The translations under genes were made by a program, and so were the position numbers. The notes below the pieces were generated by a model. It did not search any database. It worked only from the letters and a program-made list of their open reading frames with translations, and was not told the origin of the DNA. Shown here one piece after another: positions 42,724 through 49,614 of a stretch of 64,000 nt of DNA; the stretch's first letter is position 1; every line of letters begins with the position of its first letter. Source of the stretch: Candidatus Margulisiibacteriota bacterium (GTDB taxonomy: Bacteria > Margulisbacteria > WOR-1 > O2-12-FULL-45-9); assembly GCA_034723395.1 (NCBI GenBank), contig JAYEOW010000029.1, positions 73,293 to 137,292 on the forward strand, given 5' to 3'.

Positions 42724-42812
42724 CCCTCACCCAGAGATTTCTCTAATGCCCTCATCCAAGTCATTCTAAACGTTTGGTTTATTCTAAACTTCCCTCTCCC
42801 GAAGGGAGAGGG
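42724..42812. repeat. MITE-like repeat copy upstream of the DUF559 gene (CCCTCACCC...CCCTCTCCC-gaag-GGGAGAGGG)
   Basis: Same motif family as the other copies. Confidence 0.6.
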
Positions 42813-42844
42813 AGTTAATGGTATAATAATAGTATTAAATAGAT

Positions 42845-43225
42845 ATGAGAGAAAAGAAGAAGATATTTGCCAGAAGATTGAGAAAAGAGCAAACGAAAGT
42901 GGAGAAGGTTGTTTGGGAGCTTATAAGAAATCGCAAGTTTATGGGTTTAAAATTTAGAAGACAGCATGTTATTGAAGGATTTGTAGTAGATTTTTATTGT
43001 AACAATCTAAGGCTTGGAATTGAAATCGATGGAGGTATTCATTTAAGGCAGAAGGAATACGATCGATTGCGACAAGAAATTATTGAATCAGAAGATATTA
43101 AAATAGTCAGAATAACCAATAAAGAAATCAAAGCAAATAAGAGAATAATCCTTAAAAAGATAAAGCAATTTATCGATAACCATATTGCCCCTCTCCCTTT
43201 TAGCCCTCACCCAAGCGCTCATTAA
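42845..43225 (+). CDS. DUF559 (Vsr/endonuclease-like fold) protein; its C-terminal codons are part of the repeat element
   Basis: ARRLRKEQTKVEKVVWELIRNRKFMGLKFRRQHVIEGFVVDFYCNNLRLGIEIDGGIH matches DUF559. The protein ends ...PLPFSPHPSAH, encoded by CCCTCTCCC...CCCTCACCC. Confidence 0.85.
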   Translation: MREKKKIFARRLRKEQTKVEKVVWELIRNRKFMGLKFRRQHVIEGFVVDFYCNNLRLGIEIDGGIHLRQKEYDRLRQEIIESEDIKIVRITNKEIKANKRIILKKIKQFIDNHIAPLPFSPHPSAH

Positions 43226-43323
43226 CCAATAGTTTTTTAATCACTCCCTCTCCCATGGGGAGAGGGACGTTTAAGAAGATTGAGCAGTAAGGAATACCTT
43301 GGGTGAGGGCTGTTGCCCCTCCC
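43188..43323. repeat. MITE-like repeat copy at the 3' end of the DUF559 gene (CCCTCTCCC...CCCTCACCCaagcgctcattaaccaa...CCCTCTCCC-atgg-GGAGAGGG...GGGTGAGGG)
   Basis: It shares the segment ttggttaatgagcgcttgggtgag, in reverse orientation, with the element at 47463-47607. Confidence 0.65.
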
Positions 43324-43359
43324 AAAAAAAAATAACGCCGGAAACAGGCGTCCGGCGTT
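43321..43359 (-). terminator. Rho-independent terminator for the minus-strand operon ending at 43388
   Basis: On the minus strand: AACGCCGGA-cgcctgtt-TCCGGCGTT followed by ATTTTTTTTTT. Confidence 0.6.
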
Positions 43360-43387
43360 ATATAAAACACTAAACTATTGAACTAGG

Positions 43388-45655
43388 TTATTTCGAAGTT
43401 GGCAATAACTTTAATACATCTATCCCCACGATACCCCGGCCAAAGTGTTTTCCGGCAACACTATCGTATTGAATTTCGCCAAAGAGGGCCTGCCTTAGGA
43501 TTGGCAGGTTATACCTCAGGGAGACTGAGTGAGACTGTTCTCCATAATGGAGGGTAGGGTTATCAGTATATGTATAGCGCAAGTCAAACCTTCCCAGCTT
43601 TTTGCTGTCCAAGCCGACGATCGCCTGGTACTGGGTCCTAAGGTCCCATCCCTGCTGGTGGAGACCGCTTGACCTAAATCCGGCAAACGGTTTGAAGTCA
43701 GGGATATTTAACCACTGTGCGGTCAAAAGGATGTTCCATCCCATAACGTTTTCCGGGGTTGTTCCGGTAAGGCCGACCCCTTCTGAATATTCAGGGACCG
43801 AGCGTTTTCCGGCAACTGTTCCGCCGGCTTCGAGCCAGATGTTTGGAACGCCTTTATTCTTGAATTTGCGGTTTAGCGAAAGCGCCAGTTGTAATCCTGT
43901 GTTTACCGCATAATCACCGCCGCCATTGTTGAATGAGAACCCATAAGTATCGTTGCTATAATTTCTCCATGAGTTCTCAAATTCGGCATATGCTTTTAAA
44001 TAAGCGAATTTGGTAGCCAGGTTGCTGCCGAAAGCGATCCCGCCGGTTAATACGTTGTCCATCCCGCTGAACAGGAGGCGGTTTGGATCTATGTAGTTGG
44101 TCCCGCGGAAGGCAAAGTGTCCGTAGGCATCGATATCAAGTTGAGAAATAGGGGAGAAGATAAAATTTGTACCAATTCCCGCCATTCCCAGTATGGTGTC
44201 TTTTGGGTTGTAGTCGAATGCCAACTGCAGGTTCGCACCGACGGTCAGCCAGCTTGGGAAACTTTTGTACTTTTTACCGGAGAGGGCGTTAACGAGAGTG
44301 TTTTCTCTGCCCATGACCGGGGTTGGATGGTGCCGATCTCCCAAAGTGATCCTTCCTGAAAGAAGTGATATCCGTTCGGTGGTCGCCCTTAAATTAGCCG
44401 GAACGTTATCCCGCTGTGATTCTAAAGCAGAGCTTGAGAATCCACCGGTGAATTTAGCGGTTAATGCTTCACTTCCGGCGATCGGCCCGTATCTTAACGG
44501 AAAAGCGGTTGCCGGATTGGTATATGCAAAGTCTCCGATTCTTTGCGCCGTAGTTTTGTCATCCGCGACTTCGGCAATATTAAAACTTCCTTGCGCCAGA
44601 ACCCTGTTTCCGTCCATGACCTTGATGGTCCTGTTCCCTGCCGTTGCGTCATTAGGCGCGCTGGCGGTAAATTTAAGTGTAGTATCATTGATCCGCCTAA
44701 CGTTGCTTACACTGACTCCGGCTGGAGAAACGAGGATCGCCGGATTTGCCGGCAGCTTGCGGCAATCAACTGTGACGGTAACTTCCTTAGTTTCACCTTT
44801 CTTGAGGGAGCTGGGGGACACGCTAAGAGTTGGTGAACATTGAGGGGGAACGATGGTCAATGCGTTCGCCTTGGTAGTAGCGAGCTTTGGATACCGCTGC
44901 ACATGTGTTTTATGGGCGATACGGAGATCGCGTGCGCCAAGCTTGGCGTCTGAAGCGATCTTTATCTTAAAGGTCACGGTTTTTCCGTCAGCCTTGACAT
45001 CCACCGAGTTGGGGACGATCGTAATTTTACCATCAACATCGCTTCCGTTTAGAAAACTGATCTGAAGATCTTTAACTTTAGGGATATGCTTACCTTTAAC
45101 GGTTACCGTAATTTCTCCGCCCTGGGTAGCGTCTGCGGAAGTGGTGACTGTGCTGATAATTGGAATGAATATTTTCTTTAATGCACAGCGTTTAAAAACT
45201 ACTCTTTTCTCGGCAGCCACGTAAGCATAGAATGCCTTTGCGTTTTGAGTTTTTAGTTTATAGACTAATCTGCTAAGTCGGGCAATCTCTCTCCTGGCAG
45301 TAATATTTGTTCTGCCGGTAAGGGCTTTGCCGGTATTTTTGTTTTTATAGGCACCATTTTTGATCATCTCAATGGCTTTAGCGAAGATCTTCTTAAGGAG
45401 GGCTCTTTTTGGCGGTCTCAGGCTGCACTGTTCGGCTACAACCACTTTTTGAGCAGCTTGGAAGGCATAAAACGCATCTGGATTTTTGGTCTTTAGCTTG
45501 TAGATCGCGCGGGTGATCTTGCTAAGTTCCCCGGTAGTTGAACTAACATCCGAACCGCCAGATGTCCGCACATCCGTAATGGCAGTGCCGAAGATCTCTT
45601 TAAGCAGAGCTCTTTTTGGGTCGCTGACTTGTACTGTTAATGATGCATCTGGCAT
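43388..45655 (-). CDS. Hypothetical 755-aa protein: N-terminal tandem ~65-aa duplication, Ig-like middle, beta-barrel-like C-terminus, no signal peptide
   Basis: Internal repeat PKRALLKEIFGTAI...IYKLKTKNPDAFYAFQAAQKVVV paired with PKRALLKKIFAKAI...VYKLKTQNAKAFYAYVAAEKRVV. Strong RBS AAGGAAGG upstream of ATG 45655. Confidence 0.7.
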   Translation of the reverse strand: MPDASLTVQVSDPKRALLKEIFGTAITDVRTSGGSDVSSTTGELSKITRAIYKLKTKNPDAFYAFQAAQKVVVAEQCSLRPPKRALLKKIFAKAIEMIKNGAYKNKNTGKALTGRTNITARREIARLSRLVYKLKTQNAKAFYAYVAAEKRVVFKRCALKKIFIPIISTVTTSADATQGGEITVTVKGKHIPKVKDLQISFLNGSDVDGKITIVPNSVDVKADGKTVTFKIKIASDAKLGARDLRIAHKTHVQRYPKLATTKANALTIVPPQCSPTLSVSPSSLKKGETKEVTVTVDCRKLPANPAILVSPAGVSVSNVRRINDTTLKFTASAPNDATAGNRTIKVMDGNRVLAQGSFNIAEVADDKTTAQRIGDFAYTNPATAFPLRYGPIAGSEALTAKFTGGFSSSALESQRDNVPANLRATTERISLLSGRITLGDRHHPTPVMGRENTLVNALSGKKYKSFPSWLTVGANLQLAFDYNPKDTILGMAGIGTNFIFSPISQLDIDAYGHFAFRGTNYIDPNRLLFSGMDNVLTGGIAFGSNLATKFAYLKAYAEFENSWRNYSNDTYGFSFNNGGGDYAVNTGLQLALSLNRKFKNKGVPNIWLEAGGTVAGKRSVPEYSEGVGLTGTTPENVMGWNILLTAQWLNIPDFKPFAGFRSSGLHQQGWDLRTQYQAIVGLDSKKLGRFDLRYTYTDNPTLHYGEQSHSVSLRYNLPILRQALFGEIQYDSVAGKHFGRGIVGIDVLKLLPTSK

Positions 45656-45676
45656 AATTTTATCGCCTTCCTTTTA

Positions 45677-46315
45677 TTATTGGTCTATGACGAAAGTCCT
45701 CCCGGTCATTCCGGTCATCCCAGAGCGAATAACTCTTGTTCGCTTCTTAACGACCCTAAAATAATTTTTTACAGTTACCGTTTTTCCCTTAATTGTTACT
45801 GCTAAATCTCTTGATCCAGGAGTAGCGCTGGCTGAAATCGAGATATCTCCTCTGATTACTCCATTAGTAATAGTTAGATTGCTAACGGTGATCCCCGATC
45901 CCAGCGAAATGGAGAGGTCGCCGGTTTGAGCTAAGGCCGTTGGAGAAGAGAGCTTACAATTTGCTTTCTGCTCGATCTCTTGTACTGAAATGCCAAGGAT
46001 TTTACCTGCAAATGACTGGCCTTGAGTAGCGCCTTTTAGAACTTCAATGCGAGTGCCATTGCGTGTGATCCTTTTAATGATAGGAGCAACGCTTACTGAT
46101 ATGGCATGAAGAGTTGTTGGCTTACAGCTAGCTGCAGTCGCCATGGTCGGAGTCATCGGCGAAGGCCGTGTCCCTTGCGCCTTTTTGATCAACGCATTGC
46201 AATCCTTTTTTGAAATGCTGTCCGCTACAGGCTTTGGGGCCTTTTTTGCTCCGCAAGCCGCCAGGAAACCCACTCCTATTAAAGATGCTAATCTAACCAT
46301 TCTTCCTAATCTCAT
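45677..46315 (-). CDS. Lipoprotein (LAAC lipobox), Ig-like
   Basis: MRLGRMVRLASLIGVGFLAACG signal with lipobox. Confidence 0.7.
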   Translation of the reverse strand: MRLGRMVRLASLIGVGFLAACGAKKAPKPVADSISKKDCNALIKKAQGTRPSPMTPTMATAASCKPTTLHAISVSVAPIIKRITRNGTRIEVLKGATQGQSFAGKILGISVQEIEQKANCKLSSPTALAQTGDLSISLGSGITVSNLTITNGVIRGDISISASATPGSRDLAVTIKGKTVTVKNYFRVVKKRTRVIRSGMTGMTGRTFVIDQ

Positions 46316-46344
46316 TTTTTCCCTCCTAATTATTTCCTATATTA

Positions 46345-46372
46345 TTATCGGCACTTTAAGTGATAAATTTCA
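46345..46372 (-). promoter_or_regulatory. Sigma-28 (FliA/SigD)-like promoter TGAAATTT-N12-GCCGATAA
   Basis: Perfect GCCGATAA -10 box. Lies 30 nt upstream of the start at 46315. Confidence 0.55.
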
Positions 46373-46384
46373 CTTTTTTACAAA

Positions 46385-47317
46385 TTATTGCGGGATCTCA
46401 AAAATCGGCTTTTTCCTCGGCGGCTTTCTCTTCATGGGAGGCTTCCGCTTCATCGGCGGTTTTTTCTTCATGGGAGGTTTCCGCTTCATTGGTGATCTCC
46501 GCGGAGTTTCTCTCATCGGAGCCTTCATTGCTGGTCTTGGCGCAGGTGCTGTCCTGGTAGTAGGCTTGCCGCATTTATCTATGGTTTTTTCTATCTCATT
46601 AGCAACTTTAAGCAGAAATTCTGGCGTAAGCCCTTTTAAAACGACCTTTGAGGAGTTTAATCCAAGGTATTTAACCCGAAAATCGCCAACACCTTTAACG
46701 ACCCGGTTGCAAGCTTTCTTTTGGGATTCGGTTAAGATGCCGGATAAACCGGAAACCACGTCAAACAGAGGGTTGTGGACAGCTTTCTCCCCGATCGTAA
46801 TAGTTTCAGATGAAAGCATTGTGATCATTGCTTCGCGTTGAGCAGGGGAGAGGGAAGCTATTTTGTTCTGCAGAGCCTTATGGGCAGAGCCGATTAAAAA
46901 CTCTCGCTTGTTTTGGGATGGATCAGCATAGATAGTATTAACTAATCTTTTCGCAAAAGACCTGGCTAAAACAGGCTTTCTTTGGTTGTCTTTGTTGGTA
47001 TTCAATCCCAGTCGATTATCAATCAGCAGATTCTTGGGGTTACATATCTCATTGCTAACTTTAGGGCTTGCGTCGGAGATTATCGCTGTCAGGTCCGCAA
47101 AGGAGATCTCAACAAACTTGCCTGCTTTGTTTTTGCTTCCCGCAACCTCAACTTGTTTAGGCCCGCAAGAAGAAAGGATTCCAAGGCCCGATAAAGCCAG
47201 GGCAGCCGTTGCGCCCGCTGCGGCGCTCTGTTTTAAAAATCCACGTCTTTGTTCTAAGGTGACCGTTTGTCTTTGCTGGGGACGGAAAAACGATCTTATT
47301 CTGGTTAGTAATTTCAT
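46385..47317 (-). CDS. Tat-signal lipoprotein with a C-terminal basic Pro/Lys repeat tail
   Basis: QRRGFLKQSAAAGATAALALSG is a twin-arginine motif, followed by lipobox LSSCG. The C-terminus has four KRKPPMK repeats, encoded by a 36-bp tandem DNA repeat at 46419-46490. Confidence 0.75.
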   Translation of the reverse strand: MKLLTRIRSFFRPQQRQTVTLEQRRGFLKQSAAAGATAALALSGLGILSSCGPKQVEVAGSKNKAGKFVEISFADLTAIISDASPKVSNEICNPKNLLIDNRLGLNTNKDNQRKPVLARSFAKRLVNTIYADPSQNKREFLIGSAHKALQNKIASLSPAQREAMITMLSSETITIGEKAVHNPLFDVVSGLSGILTESQKKACNRVVKGVGDFRVKYLGLNSSKVVLKGLTPEFLLKVANEIEKTIDKCGKPTTRTAPAPRPAMKAPMRETPRRSPMKRKPPMKKKPPMKRKPPMKRKPPRKKPIFEIPQ

Positions 47318-47348
47318 CTCATAATCCTCCCTATTTTCTCCTATATAT

Positions 47349-47376
47349 ATATCGGCACTTTTTTAGGTAAATTTCA
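47349..47376 (-). promoter_or_regulatory. Sigma-28 (FliA/SigD)-like promoter TGAAATTT-N12-GCCGATAT
   Basis: The -10 box equals the Bacillus SigD-type GCCGATAT. Confidence 0.55.
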
Positions 47377-47462
47377 CTATTTTTAAAGATTTGTCCGGGC
47401 CGTTTTGGCCCTTTCAGCTATCTTATTATCGGGAGGATTTGGGAGAAATTTCAGGTTATTTT

Positions 47463-47607
47463 TCCTCACTCCGGAACTCTCACCCAAACAATTCCCTACT
47501 GTACAAACTTCTTAAACGGCCCTCTCCCTATGGGAGAGGGAGCGATAGAAAAGCTGTTGGTTAATGAGCGCTTGGGTGAGAGTTCCGGGGTGAGGACAAA
47601 AAAATAG
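47463..47607. mobile_element. 145-bp MITE with 25-bp terminal inverted repeats (TCCTCACTCCGGAACTCTCACCCAA); its interior derives from the DUF559-element 3' end
   Basis: TIRs were verified by reverse complement. The interior carries CCCTCTCCC-tatg-GGAGAGGG and ttggttaatgagcgcttgggtgag. Confidence 0.65.
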
Positions 47608-47654
47608 GGCTAACCAATTAAGGTTAGCCCTAAGTTAAGTCTAACTAAACTAGA

Positions 47655-49598
47655 TTACAGTGAAGCGACCGGCAATGAACCTCGCAGCTGCGGCCGGGTT
47701 GGGATGTTTTCCCTGCGGAATCCCTTTTCCCAGGTATAAAGATCTTTGATCTTTCCGCCAGCCAGCGCGGTGGTTGAGAGCATCTCTACCGATTCGGACC
47801 TGGGCAGATTGGTCTTCGGATGGAGATAGTTTCTCTTTACGAACTTTAACATTCCGGCTCCCTTAGCCGCCTGGATATATTTGGACGCCCAGTAGTTGGC
47901 CGGCACGTCCCAGTAAGGTTTTTCAAATACTTCAGAAGCGACTTTTAAGTTGTCAAAGCGGACCAGGACCGCGATCCCTTCAGCCTTGTTGATCTTGTTG
48001 TTCGGCCTAAAGGTCTTGTCCGGATAACCTTTTACCAACCCTTCGCGTTTGGCAACTTCGATATATTTAGCTGCCCAGAAGGTAGGTTTAACATCCTTGA
48101 AGACTTTTCTGGCAGAGCGATTAGGGAGCTTGAGCCCTTTGGCACGGACCAGCAGGGTAGCTAATTCGGCGCGGGTAAGCGCTCTTTCCGGTTTGAATGT
48201 ACCGTCAGGGTATCCTTCGACCAGCCCGACTGTTCCGGTATTTTCGATTGGAGCCTGCGCCCAGTAGCCTTCCGGAACGTCGTCAAAGTTGACCAGCCTT
48301 ACCATCCGGAAATCCTTAGCGGTATAATCCCCCGCGGTATCGGTAGCTTCGAAAACAACTAATTTCTTTCCGACCTTGTCTACCGGGATATCAGCGGAAA
48401 ACTTAAGATCTTTGCCAAGCGGAATGCTCACGCCGTTGGCTTTAATCGCGATCCTGCCCGGGGCAGCCTGGGTCTCATCTCCGGCGATAACTTCGACATA
48501 CCCTGAAACCTCGACGTGATCATCATAAATGACCGATTTGTCTTTCGGGCTGTCGATATGCACCCGTAATTCACGCTTTCTCGCTTCTCCCATATAGCTG
48601 ATCGAGAAGAAAGAGGTGGCGTTATCAGGTATCCCCGAATAAGGGTGATAAGCGTAGTTAAATTCGATCCCGGCCAACCTGACACCTATGCCGGCGGTGA
48701 TATCCTGTCCGTCAACCCCGGTGCGGAAAGCGAGATTGCTTACCGGCCAGAACTCCAGCCCGTAATGCATCCTGTCATTATCGTTGATGTTTGCTCCGGT
48801 ATCGTAGTCGAGGTTCAGATAAAGCCTTCGGGTGTTGTGGGTGGTGTAAGATTCTCCTTCTCTGCCTAAGACATTGAATTTAGCGCCCAGCTTCAGGTTT
48901 GACGGAATATCTTCGTTTCTCCCGGTTGAACGGGTCAGCTTACTGGCTAAAACGTTTTGATAGTTAAGTCCCAGGGTCAGGTAATCGGTTGCTGGATAAA
49001 GCAGTCCGAGGTCCGCGCTGTAGCCGGTACCGGCGGCGTCGCCTAGGCTCGCAACGTCGTTTGATCCCGATCCGCCAACGCTATGGTACTTAAAGCTTCC
49101 ACCGATAAGGACGTCCTTATCGACGTTCCTTAAGGCCGGGAAAGTATTGAGGTAGGTAGCTCCGGAGATAAAAAGGACCGTACTGCTCCAGGCTCCGTCT
49201 CCAGCCAGGGTCCCGTCTGAATCGGTCAACGAGATCCCGCCGGTATAAGAATTGATAATCCCGGCTCCGATCGCGCTCTTGTCGCCGTAAGGATAAACTC
49301 CGCCGACGACCGCGTAATTTACATCATTTAAGAGTGAGCAGTACATGCTGGATAGCTTTGGGTTTACCGCCCGGGCGATGCCAGCCGGATTCATGAAGAG
49401 AGCGTCACTCCCCTCGGCGACACCGACATAGGACCTGCCCATGCCGATACTGCGGGCGCCGACGCCGATCGACATCGGGTCCGACACCATTCCGCCCTGG
49501 GCCAGCGCCCCGGGAATGACAAATGTCAAATAACAAATGACAAATAAAATTCCAATAATAAATTTTGGATTTTGGATTTTGGATTTTGGTTTTTTCAT
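47655..49598 (-). CDS. Outer-membrane protein: N-terminal PorV/FadL-like beta-barrel domain fused to three C-terminal SLH domains
   Basis: Signal peptide, then DPMSIGVGARSIGMGRSYVGVAEGSDALFMNPAGIA (paralogous to 4990..6192). C-terminal GYWAQAPIENTGTVGLVEGYPDGTFKPERALTRAELATLLVRA, FWAAKYIEVAKREGLVKGYPDKTFRPNNKINKAEGIAVLVRF and YWASKYIQAAKGAGML are SLH repeats. Confidence 0.85.
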   Translation of the reverse strand: MKKPKSKIQNPKFIIGILFVICYLTFVIPGALAQGGMVSDPMSIGVGARSIGMGRSYVGVAEGSDALFMNPAGIARAVNPKLSSMYCSLLNDVNYAVVGGVYPYGDKSAIGAGIINSYTGGISLTDSDGTLAGDGAWSSTVLFISGATYLNTFPALRNVDKDVLIGGSFKYHSVGGSGSNDVASLGDAAGTGYSADLGLLYPATDYLTLGLNYQNVLASKLTRSTGRNEDIPSNLKLGAKFNVLGREGESYTTHNTRRLYLNLDYDTGANINDNDRMHYGLEFWPVSNLAFRTGVDGQDITAGIGVRLAGIEFNYAYHPYSGIPDNATSFFSISYMGEARKRELRVHIDSPKDKSVIYDDHVEVSGYVEVIAGDETQAAPGRIAIKANGVSIPLGKDLKFSADIPVDKVGKKLVVFEATDTAGDYTAKDFRMVRLVNFDDVPEGYWAQAPIENTGTVGLVEGYPDGTFKPERALTRAELATLLVRAKGLKLPNRSARKVFKDVKPTFWAAKYIEVAKREGLVKGYPDKTFRPNNKINKAEGIAVLVRFDNLKVASEVFEKPYWDVPANYWASKYIQAAKGAGMLKFVKRNYLHPKTNLPRSESVEMLSTTALAGGKIKDLYTWEKGFRRENIPTRPQLRGSLPVASL

Positions 49599-49614
49599 AA
49601 TGGTTTTCACTCCT

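Noticed and set aside
42627-42764. N-terminal extension of the substrate-binding protein (track start 42764)
   Set aside because: The internal ATG at 42626 has a GAGGAG RBS and is followed immediately by a lipoprotein signal peptide. The upstream extension is non-signal-like.
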